The notes under the pieces: generated by a model | What the model saw: only the letters and a program-made list of their open reading frames with translations | The model's database searches: none | Told to the model about the DNA's origin: nothing | Part shown: positions 1 through 21,238 of the stretch, piece by piece | How the letters are laid out: the number at the start of each line of letters is the position of its first letter | Position numbering within the stretch: position 1 is the first letter of the stretch | Made by a program: the position numbers and the translations under genes | NCBI RefSeq assembly: GCF_009914755.1 | Contig: NC_060940.1 | DNA length: 64,000 bases | Source of the DNA: the human T2T-CHM13v2.0 reference genome, Homo sapiens | Reading direction: 5' to 3' (one strand)

Positions 1-286
1 ATTCCATTGATAGATGAACCATTATTGAACTCATCATTCAGCTAGGACTGGACACTGAAATTCTGCTATTGTAAATAAGGCCATAATGAATGCCCTTAAC
101 TCTTGATTTTCTTTTCTCTTTTTCAGGTGGAGTCTCGCCCTGTCACCCAGGCTGGAGTGCAGTGGCACGATCTCAGCTCACTGAAACCTCTGCCTCCTCG
201 GTTCAAGTGATTCTCCTGCCTCAATCTCCTGAGTAGCTGGGATTACAGGTGCCCACCACCACACCTGGCTAATTTTTGTATTTTCA

Positions 287-403
<117 letters not shown>

Positions 404-2065
404 CTAAGACGATTTTCTTAGGATAGTTTTTCAGAAGTTGGTTCAGTGGGGACGAACATTTCCAAAAAGCAGCATCTGCTGTCCTTCCCTGGGCTGCCTC
501 CTAACTCTTTGTTTTCAAGCCCCTGCCTGGCACAAGGAAGCCCCTGCTATGTACTCCAGCAGCTTGCTTCATGCACTTATCACAGTTTGCCATTATGTAT
601 CTGTCTCTGTGATTATCTGTTTATTGTTTACTCCCCACCAATTCGGCTAGAATATTCATGGAGGTCAGGGACCATGGTGTGTGTTCACAGCTGCACCCCC
701 AGCACCTAGCATGTGCCTGGGATACAGCAGGCACTCAATGTCTGTTTGCTTGGTGAAAAAGCCTTGCACCAGTGGATACACTCAAGGGCATATAAGGAGA
801 AGCCTAGTCTATTGCAACAGAGCATGTCTTTGTGCCATGGGGACAATGCAACCAGTGCCACTACAGGAACCAGTTGAGTCCTCTGGAGGCCCTGACTCTG
901 CCAGAAATAAAAAATAATATGCTATGGCCAGATGAGGTGGCTCATGCCTGTAATCCCAGCACTTTGGGAGCCTGAAGCAGGAGGGTTGCTTGAGGTCAGG
1001 AGTTCAAGACCAGCCTGGGTAACAGAGTGAGACTCCATTTCAAAAAATGCAAAAAGTAAAAAAAAAAAAACCTGCAGTATTGATACATGCAACAGTCTGG
1101 ATGCTCTCTAATTCCATGTATAGAATATTTGTTTTATTTTTTTTTGAGACGGAGTCTCGCTCTGTCACCAGGCTGGAGTGCAGTACAGTGGCGCGATCTC
1201 AGCTCTCTGCAACCTCTGCCTCCCAGGTTCAAGTGATTCTCTTGCCTCAGCCTCCTGAGTAGCTGTGACTACAGGCGTTTGCCACCACGCCCAGCTAATT
1301 TTTGTACATTTAGTAGAGACAGGGTTTCACCATCTTGGCCAGGATGGTCTTGATTTCTTGACTTTGTGATCCACCCGCCTCGGCCTCCCAAAGTGCTGGG
1401 ATTACAGCCGTGAGCCACCGTGCCTGGCCTTTTTTTTAAATAAAAAAAAAAAGAAAGAAGAGACAGAGTCTCAATCTTTCACCCAGGCTGGAGTGCAGGC
1501 ATGATCTTGGCTCACTGCAACCTCTGTCTCCTGAGTTCAAGAGATTCTCCTGCCTTAGCCTCCTGAGTATCTGGGATTACAGGTGCCTGCCACCATACCC
1601 AGCTAATTTTTGTATTTTAAGTAGAGACAGGGTTTTGCCATGTTGGCCAGGCTGGTTTTGAACTCCTGACCGCAAGTGATCCGCCTGCCTCGGCCTCCCA
1701 AAGTGCTGGGATTACAGGCGTGAGCCGCCGCCCCCGGCAGCATTCTTGAACCATCAAAATTACAGAACTGGAGAACAGAGTGGTTTCCATGGCTACGGAG
1801 GAAGTGGGTGTGGCTATAAATGGGCCACACGAGGGATTCCAGTGCGGATGGAAATATTAATACTTTGTGTTAAGGTCCTGGCTATAGCCTATGTGCCAAA
1901 GGACAGGGCCTCCTCGGGCCAGAGAACCGCCAATGCTCAAGGTCTGAGTTCGAGCCCTCCATTCCACACCCACTTGCGACCACCTCCTGTCCCAAATGTG
2001 AAGGCTCCAGAGTGAAGAAGCAGGGCTGGGGGCCCCTGGGAAGGGGGCTGGGGCAGAGCACTCAC

Positions 2066-2174
2066 TTTGGTGAAAAGCCTCCACCACTGCCAGTTCCGCA
2101 GCTTGAGGTAGGCGGCGCAGTTCCTCTGAATCACCTTCATGGCGGTCAGCTGCTGCTGCCTCTTGGCAAAAGCC
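2066..2174 (-). CDS. MYH11: MYH11 exon 20 (109 nt), [36 protein letters not shown] (IQ2, regulatory light chain binding)
   Basis: ccctag|GGCTTTT...ACCAAA|gtgagt; WQWW hook motif. Confidence 0.98.
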
Positions 2175-2543
2175 CTAGGGAGGGGGGAAGAGAAGGTGCG
2201 GGGGTCATGAAGCCACACCCTGCTGTCAACAGAGCCCTGCCCTGCAGCATCCTGAACCTGCACAGGGACATGCCCCAATCTCCCCAACTCAGGTTCTTCC
2301 AGAAACCCTGTGTGACACATGTGTTGTCTGGCTGCAAACAACTTAAATCATCTACAGGACAGAGCCTTTTTCAGTGGACAAGGAAGACCCAGGGCTCACA
2401 ACATGCCCTGGACTTAGCTGAGATCCAAACACCACTCAGAAAACACAACTATGTGCATCATTCCTAAGGGGGCTCCCGTACTCCCCAGCTGCACTAGCTG
2501 TTTCTTTTTTCTTTCTTTCTTTTTTTTTTTTTTTTTTTTTTGA

Positions 2544-2842
<299 letters not shown>

Positions 2843-3723
2843 TAACTTATTTATTTATTTGTTTATTTTCAGAGACAGGGTCTGGCTCTGCGGCCCAGGC
2901 TGGAGTGCAGTGGTGTGATGATGGCTCACTGCAGCCTCAAATTCCTGGGCTTAAATGATCCTCCTGCCTCAGCCTCCCAAGTAGTTGGGACTACGGGCAC
3001 ATGCTACCATGCCCAGCTAATTTTTAAAGTTTTTTTTTTTTGGTAGAGATAGGGGTCTCGCCATGTTGCCCAGGCTGGTCTCAAACTCCTGGGCTCAAGC
3101 AATCCTCCTGCCTCGGCCTCCCAAAGTGCCTGGGATTACAGGTGTCAGCTACCACACCCAGCCCTGTCAAACCTATTCTCTCCTGGGTTGTTTTAGGAAT
3201 TTCACACTGTGACCCTGAACCAGCACTCTTCCCGTTTAAGGGCTATCGATAGATTGAGAAACGATAGAACAGTGAACGTAATTCTGTCTTCCCTGCTTGG
3301 CTGCCATCTTGGACACAGGAAAACTTTAAGAATAAAATTGCCCCAGTTATCCAGGAAGGACAGCAACAGGGAACTTAGTAACGAAACTTGACAAGTTAGG
3401 TCTGTTGCGGGAGGGCCAAGAGCTCCCAAAGCTGGCCTTGACCATCTTGGGTCCATGTGTCAATGAATGAACCTGACACATCAGGGTCCTACTGGTGAGG
3501 GTGTGGTCTCTGCCCAATGACAACACACACCCCAGACAGAGAGCGACCCCACCTGTCCCTGCAGTCCCTGGGGTATGACTTTCATTAAGGAACCCGAACC
3601 CTTCCCCGGCTCCCAGTCTTCACAGAACAGCTGGGACATCACACCCTCCAAAACCCTGCCTTATAAATCCCACTGGGACACGGGGATCTAGACACCGTCA
3701 AGTCCTCTTTCCTCAATGGTTTA

Positions 3724-4030
<307 letters not shown>

Positions 4031-4505
4031 TCAAAAAGGAAGAAGAAAGGAAGGAAGGAAGGGAGGGAGGGAAGGAAGGAGTGAGGGAGGGAGGTAAAAA
4101 CAACAACAATCATTTCTGACCTGAGAACCACGCACTGTTCTAAGCTCTCGTCATGCGTTATCTTAGTGACACCTCATGAACAGCTCTCTGAGGTCAAAAT
4201 GATTATGCTCAGTTTCCAGCTAAAAAACTGGAAGCTCAGAGAGGTAGAGTAACTTGCCCAAGGTTCATCAGCAAAAACTGGGGCATCCACGATGAGAACC
4301 CAGGTCTAAAACTCGTTCCCTTCCTGCACTCGTAACTTGGTACATTTATTTAAAGTAGAAGCATTTCTTCCCCTTCAAGAAAAGGCTGTCATTCAGTCAA
4401 TGATGCATCTTAAACAGGTGGCCTCTTAGAATCAGGGAATCAGAACAGAAAGGCCCCTGTTTGTGATTCGCGTTTGAGGTATTAGGATGCAGGAAAGCAT
4501 CTTTA

Positions 4506-4979
<474 letters not shown>

Positions 4980-4982
4980 TTA

Positions 4983-5114
<132 letters not shown>

Positions 5115-5577
5115 TCAAAGAGGGCAGTGGATCCCTGGGGCCAGAAACCATGGCGCAGCAAAGCCCCAAACCTCCTACCTGGATGACCCACCTGGCCAGG
5201 CCATGAGGGTACCAACAGAAGCACCCAAGGAGGGCTTAGCTGAGGGCCGAGGGGCAAAGCAGTGCCCCCCTCTGGGTTTTCATCTCTTTGCTTCGGCAAT
5301 GGCTGCCTCATGATCTCTCTGGTTCTTGGTGACACTAGCATCGCCTGGCTGGAACCTGGGGCTTCCTCCTCATCACCTCGTCTCCCTCACTTCCTGTCCA
5401 TCAGCAGTTTGATTGCTTCTAGCTCCCAAATATCTCCCAACCCCCCCACTTCTCTTCACCACCATTGTCTCCACTATCTTCTCCTGCCTGGACAACCACA
5501 GAAACCACCCACCTGGTCTCTCTCTCTGGTCTTGCCTCTCCCCTCAATCCCTTTGTCCTTTTTATTTTTTGAGATAG

Positions 5578-5841
<264 letters not shown>

Positions 5842-6945
5842 TAGCATATGCCCAGCCCCCTCATTCACTTCCTAAAATGTAAATCTGACCATGATATAGC
5901 CCTGCTTTAACACCCCCAATGGCATGCCTAGAGAGAGAAGGCCAAGCTCCAGAAAGAACACAAGGAGCACCACGATCTAGCCCCTGCCTACCCATTCAGC
6001 CTCAATCCTACCTCACACCATCTGATTCCTACCTCATGCCATCACACATTTGCAACATGAAATGACCTATTTAGCATTTTCTTTCCTTTTTTTTTTTTTT
6101 TTTTAAGATGGAGTCTCGCTCTGCTGCCCAGGCTGGAATGCTGTGGTGCAATCTCAGCTCACTGCAACCTCCGCCTCCTGGGTTCAACAGATTTTTGTTT
6201 CTCAGCCTCCTGAGTAGCTGGGATTACAGGCGTGAGCAACACGCCTGGACACTATCTAGCATTTTCTTACCTAGTTCCTTCACTTCTCACCTCCACACTC
6301 TTGCTTAGCCTGGGCCCTCTGCTTATCCTAGGCCCCCTGCTTATCCTAGGCCCCACCCTGCCTTCCATGTCACCAAGTTGATGGCCACACATTCTTAACG
6401 TTCAAGTTCACCAGAAGCTTTCTCTGAGTCCTGAGGCTGTGGGAGGAGCCCTGGCTCTTTGGTGTTCTCCTAACTGACCACATTCCATCACCATCATCAG
6501 CTGTATGTTTACCTCTCCCCGTGTCTCCCATAACCTCAGCACTACTGGCATCTTGTAGGGATTCTGTGCTGGGGGTTGAGGGACCATCCTGTGCATTGTA
6601 CAATGCTTAGGGCATCCCTGGCCCCTACCCACTAGATGCTGACTAACAGCCCCCTCCTGGTTGTGACAACCAAAAATGTCTGTAGCATGTCCATATAGAG
6701 GACACAATCGCCCCAAGCTGAAGATGCCTGCACCAGATTATGAGAAACCCACAGGGAAGGGCTACAATTTTTCTAACACTGCTCCCCAGCACCCAGGACA
6801 GGGCAGAGCCCAGTGAATACTTCCTGGGATAATGAATGAATGAGTGGCTGGATGACCTGCACAGCAACTCCACAACTGAAAAGTCTCTGGATGCATCCTC
6901 CCTTCCTCCTTTTCCTCCAGGGATGGGGAATGGGTCTGAGATTCA

Positions 6946-7314
<369 letters not shown>

Positions 7315-8054
7315 CTAAATAGGCCAGAGGCTCAGCCCCAGCCCCACCCACCAACCTGCCCACTCCAATCTTTCCTTCCATCACCAACGCCTCCTTCGGC
7401 AGTCAGGGTTTCCAAGTATTGTCTATTGGGGAAATCCTGAGAGCACCTGAGTGGCAGAAAGAACAAATTCCCTGTGATGGAGTCACGCTGACCTAGGAGT
7501 CAAGCCTGCTCTCGCTGTCCACTCACTGACTAGCCTTGGCTTGGCACTATCCTGTGCCTCAGTCTCCCTTTCTACAAAAGGGAGGTAATAATACCGTCTA
7601 CCTTCTAGGGCAGGGGTAAAAAAAAATAAGGCACAGAAGGCACTTATTCCCTGCCAGCCTCCAATCTTTCATCCACCAACAAATAGTTATTGAGGACCTT
7701 CTGTGCTCCAGGCCCTGGGGACACTGCTGTGAACAAAAAAAGACCCGGCCCCCTCACCCCGCTTATATCACAGGGAAGGAGACAGACAGAGATCACAGAT
7801 GTTAAGTATGGAATATCTTGAGTAGTGAGGTGTGCGTAGAAAAATAAAAATAGGGTAAAGCGGAGAGAGAGTGAAGAGGGTGCTCTCTTAGACAAGGAGG
7901 TGGTGGGCTCTGCTAAGTTGATATTTGAGCAGAAACCAGCAAGAAATGAGTGGGTAACCATGTAGGTATCCACGGAAGAAATATTCTGAGGCAGAAGATA
8001 CAGCACACACTCCGAGATAGCCTGGCACATCAGTAAGTGCTCAACAAAAAGTAG

Positions 8055-8097
<43 letters not shown>

Positions 8098-8116
8098 CAT
8101 TATTTTATTTTATTGA

Positions 8117-8224
<108 letters not shown>

Positions 8225-8398
8225 TAGCTGGGATTACAGGCATGCGCCACCACGCCCGGCTCATTTTTTTTATATTTTTAGTAGAGACAGAGTTTCTCCA
8301 TGTTGGTCAGGCTGGTCTCGAACTCCTGACCTCAGGTGATTCCCCTGCCTTGGCCTCCCAATGTGCTGGGATTACAGGCGTGAGCTACCGCGCCCGGC

Positions 8399-8433
<35 letters not shown>

Positions 8434-8541
8434 CCTCCAAGGTTCTTTTTCTACCAGCCCAGCAGGTCCTGCACATGCCAAGCCCAACCCACAGGCCATG
8501 GATGGCACCATTTCTTCACCTTCTACTCAGATTCTGTGTAA

Positions 8542-8673
<132 letters not shown>

Positions 8674-8676
8674 TGA

Positions 8677-9053
<377 letters not shown>

Positions 9054-9377
9054 TGAGAGTCTCATCTCTCCCACAAGACTGTGGGTCCCGCAGAGGAGGG
9101 ACTACAGGCTTCATCATGTGTCCTGGGATGACACAGACCCAGGGTGCGATGTTGTTCCCTAGGCCCAGAGCCTGGCATATGGTTAGGGCACAGCTGGCCC
9201 CTCCTGGAGCCCTTTTTTTAGCATGCTTAAAACAAGGGGAGACCAGTCCTGTAAGCCCCAGGCCCATGGGCCCTGTGCCAAGAATAAAACCTGCTGTGGA
9301 CACTGATGGCCAGGGACAAACAGCAAACCCCCTCCCCTCATCATCACTCCAGCAGCTCTTCACAGGGATCATCTATT

Positions 9378-9878
<501 letters not shown>

Positions 9879-10295
9879 CTAATTTAACCCTCATAATACC
9901 TCTAGTAGAGACGGCAACTATTATTGCATCTCCTGTTTTACTAATGAGGACAATGAAGCTTAATGACATCAAGTGACTCATCCAAGACCACAGAGCTAGG
10001 AGGTGGCAGAGACAAGATACAGTGAAGTCCTTCTGACTCTGGACAGGGCAGTCTAACTCCCCGTGCCTGGCATGCTGTTTCTCCTCTATTGCCTGAGCCC
10101 TGACCTCAGGACCTCAATCCCCTCGGGACATGTAGGATTGAGGGGCTCAGGGACCCCCACTCAGGAAGAAATTGTTTCAACGAGACATCACCAGCCCATG
10201 CCAATGCTCTTCCTTCCCCTGCCCCCATGTAAAGGCCTCCCCTCCTGGGGCAGGTGTGAGAGTCGGGGGACTTGGGTGTTCAATTCTCCAGCTCA

Positions 10296-10466
<171 letters not shown>

Positions 10467-10835
10467 TCAGAACCCCTGGGAAACTAGAAACTTAGAAACC
10501 AAGGCCAGGACCCCAGCCCTCCCATTGTCCTTCCAGATCTTCTGAGGTCAGAGAGGAAATGACGTTTATGACCACCATGATGGGACTCCACAAACACCAG
10601 TGAAGAGACCAACAGCCCAGGGACCTGTGCCCACGTAGTAGGACATCAGCCAGTGATAGCCATTGCTGGGAAAGCCTAGTTTCCATTCCATATTCTCCTA
10701 CTAACGCTGCTGTGGTAGCCTCCCTCCTCCTAAGCCAGCACAGTACCTGTGAGTTATACACTATTAAGAGATTTCATGACGGCAGATGCCCTCCTGCCGA
10801 CATGCAAAACTCCCCCCTCATCATCTTCCCAATCA

Positions 10836-11177
<342 letters not shown>

Positions 11178-12823
11178 TTAAGCATGGCATCCTATTTTCC
11201 ACTCTCTAATGAGCATAATTTGTAACTCAGAGATCCTGATATATGGATATACAGAAAAAGGACATATAGGCTTTTTACATTCCTGACTCAAACAATGACA
11301 ATGCCCAAAGCCGTAATTTTTACTATGGTGAATATTAAATGAAAGGAACTGATAATACAGCTTTGCTGGGTTATCATGGGATGTGGGTTATCAGGATAAT
11401 AGGTAGGCTTGATCTGAGAGAAGACTGAAAATAATAATAAAAAAAATCCACTGATGAAGTAGGGAAAAGAAAAGTGTTGTCTCTATATGCTTAAAGGAAC
11501 ATATACCCCCTTGAATATAGGCTAGGAGTTGGGAAACTTTTGGTGAAGGCCCAGATAGTAGATATTTTTGGCTTGGCAAGTCATACAATGTTTTGTTTGT
11601 TTGTTTGTTTTGGTTTTTGAGACAGAGTGGTTCTCTGTTGCCCAGTCTGGAGTGCAGTGGTGCAGTCTCAGCTCACTGCAACCTCCAACTTCCTGGGTCA
11701 AGCAGTTCTCTTGCCTCAGCCTCCTGAGTAGCTGAGGTTACAGTTGTGTGCCTGTAATCTCACAGCTGGCTAATTTTTAAATTTTTTTTATTTTTTATTT
11801 TTAGCAGAGACGGGCTTTCGCCATGTTGGCCAGGCTGGTCTCAAACTGCTGACCTCAAGTAATCCACCTGCCTTGGTGCTGGGGTTACAGGCGTGAGCCA
11901 CCACACCCAGCCAAGTCATACAGTCTTTGTCGCAGCTACTCAACTCTAGCACTGTAGTATACAAAAGCAGCCAGCCATAGACATTATGCATACAAATGGG
12001 CATGGCTGTGTTCCAATAAAACTTTATTTACAATAACAAGCTGTGGGCCAGATCGGACTCTGTTGCCAGGCCCTGGTAGAGAGCATTGTTTGTGCCCATG
12101 ATGCAGTGGAGGTACTGAGGAGTCAATAGAATACTACAATTCTGCAAGCCAGACTAAGCTATGTCCTTTGTACATTATCCAGGACTCTTGAGAGCCACAG
12201 GGCAAGGGCCTATACAATAACAGCCAAGGCATGTTGATGATGATGATGATGATGATGAATACAACTATCATAGATTTCCCTGGCCAGAGCAGGCTGGCAA
12301 TAGCAAACTCAAGACCGTGACATGGGAGATTTTTGTTGAAGCCAGGTGTGGATGTATTAGTCACCCCATTCCAGTTGGCCCCGCCTGTTGGGTATAACTT
12401 GTAGCAGGAAGGATTTAGAGTCTATACAAGAAAAGCAGGCTGAGGCCAGGTACAGTGGCTCGTGCTCATAATCCCAGCACTTCAGGAAGCCGAGGCAGGG
12501 AGATCTCTTGAGCCCAGGAATTCAAGACCAGCCTGGGCAACACAGCAAGACCCCATATCTATACATAATTTAAAAATTTAGCTGGGCGGCCAGGCACGGT
12601 GGCTCATGCCTGTAATCCTAGCACCTTGGGAGGCCGAGGCGGGTGGATCACCTGAGGTCAGGAGTTTGAGACCAGCCTGGCCAACATGGCGAAACCCTTC
12701 TCTACTAAAAATACAAAAATTAGCTGGGTGTGGTGGCAGGTGCCTGTAATCCCAGCTATTTGGGAGGCTGAGGCAGGAGAATCTCTTGAACCCGGAGGGA
12801 GAGGTTGCAGTTAGCAGAGATCA

Positions 12824-13610
<787 letters not shown>

Positions 13611-13676
13611 CTACCTTCAAATTACCCTGTGCCCAATGGACCAGTAACAGGGATGGAAGGCAGAACATAATGTTTG

Positions 13677-13696
13677 CTGCCGCCCCCTAGTGGGCA
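13677..13696 (-). promoter_or_regulatory. Candidate CTCF site
   Basis: Minus strand GCCCACTAGGGGGCGGCAG matches the core CCASYAGRKGGCR; non-repeat DNA. Confidence 0.55.
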
Positions 13697-13728
13697 ACAC
13701 GCAGGCAACATCATGAAGAGTTCATAAC

Positions 13729-14033
<305 letters not shown>

Positions 14034-14096
14034 GAGTTCATAATTCTTGCAAATGAATTTGTTGCTTGACTTGAATTCACCTAGGGTTCCTGTTAG

Positions 14097-14440
<344 letters not shown>

Positions 14441-14666
14441 TCATAAAAAAAAAAAAAAAAAAAAAAAAAGCAATGGCAGAGAAGGAAAGGGAAGGGAAAG
14501 AGGGTAGGGAAGAAAAAAAGGAAGAAAAAAGAGGATGGAAGGAAGGCAGAAATTAAAGAAAATACCTTTGATATGAAAATGTGGGTTAATGGAAATTGTA
14601 AGAGTTCACAAGGATTCAGCTTACAGCCTTTCAGGACTGGGTGATGGATTGGGTGGGGGAATGCTA

Positions 14667-15182
<516 letters not shown>

Positions 15183-15396
15183 CTATGGATGGACAAACCT
15201 CGTAAGGCACGCTACTGCATGTACAGATGTGGAAACATTTTACAGATGTGAAAACAGAGGCGCAGAGAGAAAGTGACTCGGTAGTACACTTCTTTCGGGA
15301 CATCTATCAATCTTAAAACCTCCTGGCTGGGTGTAGTGCTCATGATTGTAATCCCAGCACTTAGGGAGGCCAAGGCGGGAGGATCACTTGAGGTCA

Positions 15397-16061
<665 letters not shown>

Positions 16062-16469
16062 TCAGGTGAGTAAGAGTCAGTGAGACTTAATTCCAAGATT
16101 TTGGTTGGAACTGTTAGAAAAGAGATATGTGCTTTTTTTTTTTTTTTTTTTTTACCAGGATTACTGAGAGGCAGTCTGGAGCTGTGGCAGCCATCTTGCC
16201 CCCGTGAGGGGAGAGCCTGCTTGAGAATGGAGCCAATATGGAGGAAGGCAGAGAGAGAGAGAGAACGATGGCGGGAGATCAGACCCTGCCTACGGGATCC
16301 AGCTACATGTCTGGCCTTCTCAGTTCCAGAAACCAATGCATTTCCTGTTGGATTTCTGTCTCTTATACCCTCAATGATCCACCCTTAACTAGACAGCCTC
16401 CTACCCTACAGTAGCCATCTACATGCCTTTCTCCAAAATCATGACTCCTCCAAGAAAAAGCCCATCTCA

Positions 16470-16691
<222 letters not shown>

Positions 16692-17111
16692 TTATTCTCA
16701 ATGGGCTCCATTTTCACATAAGCCAGGCTGGTGGTGAAGATTTTTATTCTTGGCCGGGTGCAGTGACTCACACTGTAATCCCAGCACTTTGGGAGGCCGA
16801 GGCAGGTGGGTCACTTGAGGTCGGGAGTTCAAGACCAGCCTGACCAACAAGGCAAAAACCCTTCTCTACTAAAAATACAAAAATTAGCCAGGCGTTGTGG
16901 TGCATGCCTGTAGTCCCAGCTGCTTGGGGGACTGAGGCAGGAGAATCGTTTGAATCTGGGAGGCAGAGGCTACAGTGAGCTGCGATGGCACCACTGCACC
17001 CCCCCCTGGGCAACAGAGCAAGGCTCTGGCTCAAAAACAAAAAACAAACAAACAAACAAAACCTGACATGGGACTGTGAATATTCTAGTATTGAATAAAT
17101 GAGGGATAAAG

Positions 17112-17458
17112 AGATGGATGGGTGGATGCATGGACAGATGAATGAATGAATGAATGAATGGAATGACAGCTGGATGGGTGATGGATGGACGGACAGATGG
17201 ACAGATGGCTGGGTCATGGATGGATGGACAGATGGATGAGTGAGGGATGGAGAGATGATGGGTGAGCAGATAGATGGGCAGATGAATGGATGGATGGATG
17301 GATGGATGAACAGACAGATGAATGAGTGGGTAGAAAGATGGATGGATGGACAGATGCAGAGGCAGACCATGGGTGAATGGATTAATGAATACATGAATGA
17401 GTGAACAGGTGGATAGATGGATGAATGGATGGATGGGTGGGTGCATGGATGGATAAGT
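17112..17458 (+). repeat. Degenerate (GGAT/GAAT)n low-complexity tract abutting the exon 11 donor
   Basis: Visible tandem ggat/gaat units. Confidence 0.9.
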
Positions 17459-17475
17459 GATAAGTACATCATTAC

Positions 17476-17594
17476 CTGTTCTTTTGTCTGAGCTTTCTGT
17501 ACCACATCTCGCCCAACCTTGATACGAGGAGTGAGGATGGATCTGGTGAAATCTGTCACATTAATTCCCATGAGGTGGCAAACTTTCTGAGCAG
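17476..17594 (-). CDS. MYH11: MYH11 exon 11 (119 nt), [39 protein letters not shown]
   Basis: catccag|CTGCT...GAACAG|gtaatg. Confidence 0.97.
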
Positions 17595-17989
17595 CTGGAT
17601 GGAGAAAAGAAACATCGTGAGTGCATCACAAAAGAAATAGCTTGGCAAGAAGACACATCGCATGGGATATTTGTGATCTGTGAATACAGCGGGTTCTCTT
17701 GGGGAAATGGGACCCGCTGACCATGAATATAGCTTGAAGTGTCCTAAAGGCTGCTGTCATTAGTGGTCACACTCCCCAGTATTTTGCTGAGAGGCAATGA
17801 TTGGGGTGGGCTGAAGCAGGCCCCAGTTGGGGGTTTAGGGTCAGGTAGTTCTAGTTTCAAGTCCCTGTCCCTTCACACTTCCAAGTCATGTGACTTTGGA
17901 AAAGCTCTTTACCCTCCCAGCATCTTGCTTTTCTCAGCTTTAAAAAGGGTCAGCTCTTCGGTACCTTGTTGGTACCCAGGACTAAATAA

Positions 17990-18355
<366 letters not shown>

Positions 18356-18769
18356 TAACAGTTACTTAGTAAGTATTAAATAGTTATTAATAGTAACATT
18401 TATTGAACAGTTACTGTTCAATAAATATTTCTTTCACCCTTCTAGGATATGTGTTGCAGCATTGTTTGCAATAGCAAAATGCTAGAGTCAACCTAAATGC
18501 TCTTCTTTTATTTTGAGATGCAGTCTTCCTGTCGCCCGGGCTGAAGTGCAGTGGTGTGACCACGAGCTGGTCCCTTAACATGAAAATAGCATTACATGCT
18601 GCTTTGCATGTGCAAGGCAGAGTAAATAGAGTGATTTTAGGATTTTTTTTTCCCCATCTCTTGGCAAGAGCACTTTTTCATTTCTCTTTCCCTGAGGTCT
18701 TTCCTTGGCATCCGGATTCCATTAATTTGCCAGATTTAGGGACTCTAATACATAACAAACACCTGAGAA

Positions 18770-19792
<1,023 letters not shown>

Positions 19793-19956
19793 ACAGGTTT
19801 GATCAAGGTGGGCTCTAGGGAGCGGGAAAAAGCAACACAATATACAGCCTGGGCTGGGAAATAAGAAACCTAAGTTTTGCTCTCAGCTCAGCCACCAACA
19901 AGCATAGTGGTAGCCAGGCCAGCTTCTCAAAACACAAAATACTGTTTATTTGTGGG

Positions 19957-20149
19957 TAGGTTTATCAGATTTAGGGGGAAAATTACAGGATGCTCAGTTA
20001 AACCTGAATTTCAGATAAACAAGAATACTCTTTTGGTATAATCACGGTCCAAATGTTACAAGGGACATAATTAAAATTTAAAAAAAGGTTTGTTGTTTAC
20101 CTAAAATTGAAATTTATCTGGACATCCTGTATTTTATCTGGCACCCCTA
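19957..20149. mobile_element. MER53-like palindromic hAT MITE
   Basis: Self-complementary ends (cagattt...acaggatg...aatttcagataaac / gtttacctaaaatt...catcctgtattttatctggcaccc). Confidence 0.7.
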
Positions 20150-20286
20150 ATTCTCAGGGCAATTGAGGTCTGTCTCCCCAAGACGACCACAGATACCGTA
20201 AGAAGAGCTATTCTTGTGTCATTTCCTGCTGTATCCCAGTGGCATATTGCAGGGGCTTGAGAAATATTTCTTTAACAAAACAATTA

Positions 20287-20508
<222 letters not shown>

Positions 20509-20731
20509 CTATTAGGTTTGTTTTTTTTTAATCCCTGCGCTCTGATTCAATAACTTTCCACATAGGGTCTTGAGCACTGAAAAGTTTGAAAAAGTGAGTG
20601 ATAAGAACCTAGTCCAACTGTTGTTAAAATCCCAGATACCTTCACCTTGAAAAATAACCAGTGGTTAAATGTCACCTCCCCCACCCCCCCAACCCCAAAG
20701 TCATTGGTCATCAGGAAAAAGTGGCAAGTAC

Positions 20732-20827
20732 CTGTGTTATCTGGCATGGACGCCTGGTCTGTGTTTCTTTCCTTCTTGAAGACGATATTTCCAAGCTGCA
20801 GGACCGATGATACCACCTTCAATATGG
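20732..20827 (-). CDS. MYH11: MYH11 exon 10 (96 nt), [31 protein letters not shown]
   Basis: cctcag|CCATA...ACAG|gtactt; ORF 20547..20861. Confidence 0.97.
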
Positions 20828-21014
20828 CTGAGGTGGGGAGAGAAGGGCAGAGCAGACACAAAGGTCAATGCCAAGGTACCCTGGAGTTTTGGAGCCTAAA
20901 GCCACTGGGGACCCAGAGCCAGCTTACATCTTTCCTCTGAAGAAACTAGATTCTGAGCTCAATATTTTCATATGGTTGCTTAAAACCTTGCATTACAATG
21001 GAATGCCACGCAGC

Positions 21015-21238
21015 AGGGACTGGCAAATTACAGCCCATGGACCAAATCTGGCCCACTGCTTGCTATTATACATAAAGTTTTAGTGGAAAACAGCTATACT
21101 CATTCATTTACATATTGTCTGTAACTATTTGCATGCTACACTGGCAGAGTTAATGAGTTGCAACAAAGATCGTCTGGCCTACAAAGGCTAAAGAATTTAC
21201 TATCTGACCCTTTACAGAAAAATGTGTTAGCAACCCCT
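21015..21238. mobile_element. MER58A-like DNA transposon (other copies at about 11520-12075, 30560-30760, 32195-32500, 49395-49590)
   Basis: ggcaaattacagccc...aaagttttagtggaa...tttactatctgaccctttacagaaaa. Confidence 0.7.

Noticed and set aside
6319-6354. 18-bp tandem duplication ctgcttatcctaggcccc x2
   Set aside because: Ordinary slippage duplication in intronic old-repeat sequence.
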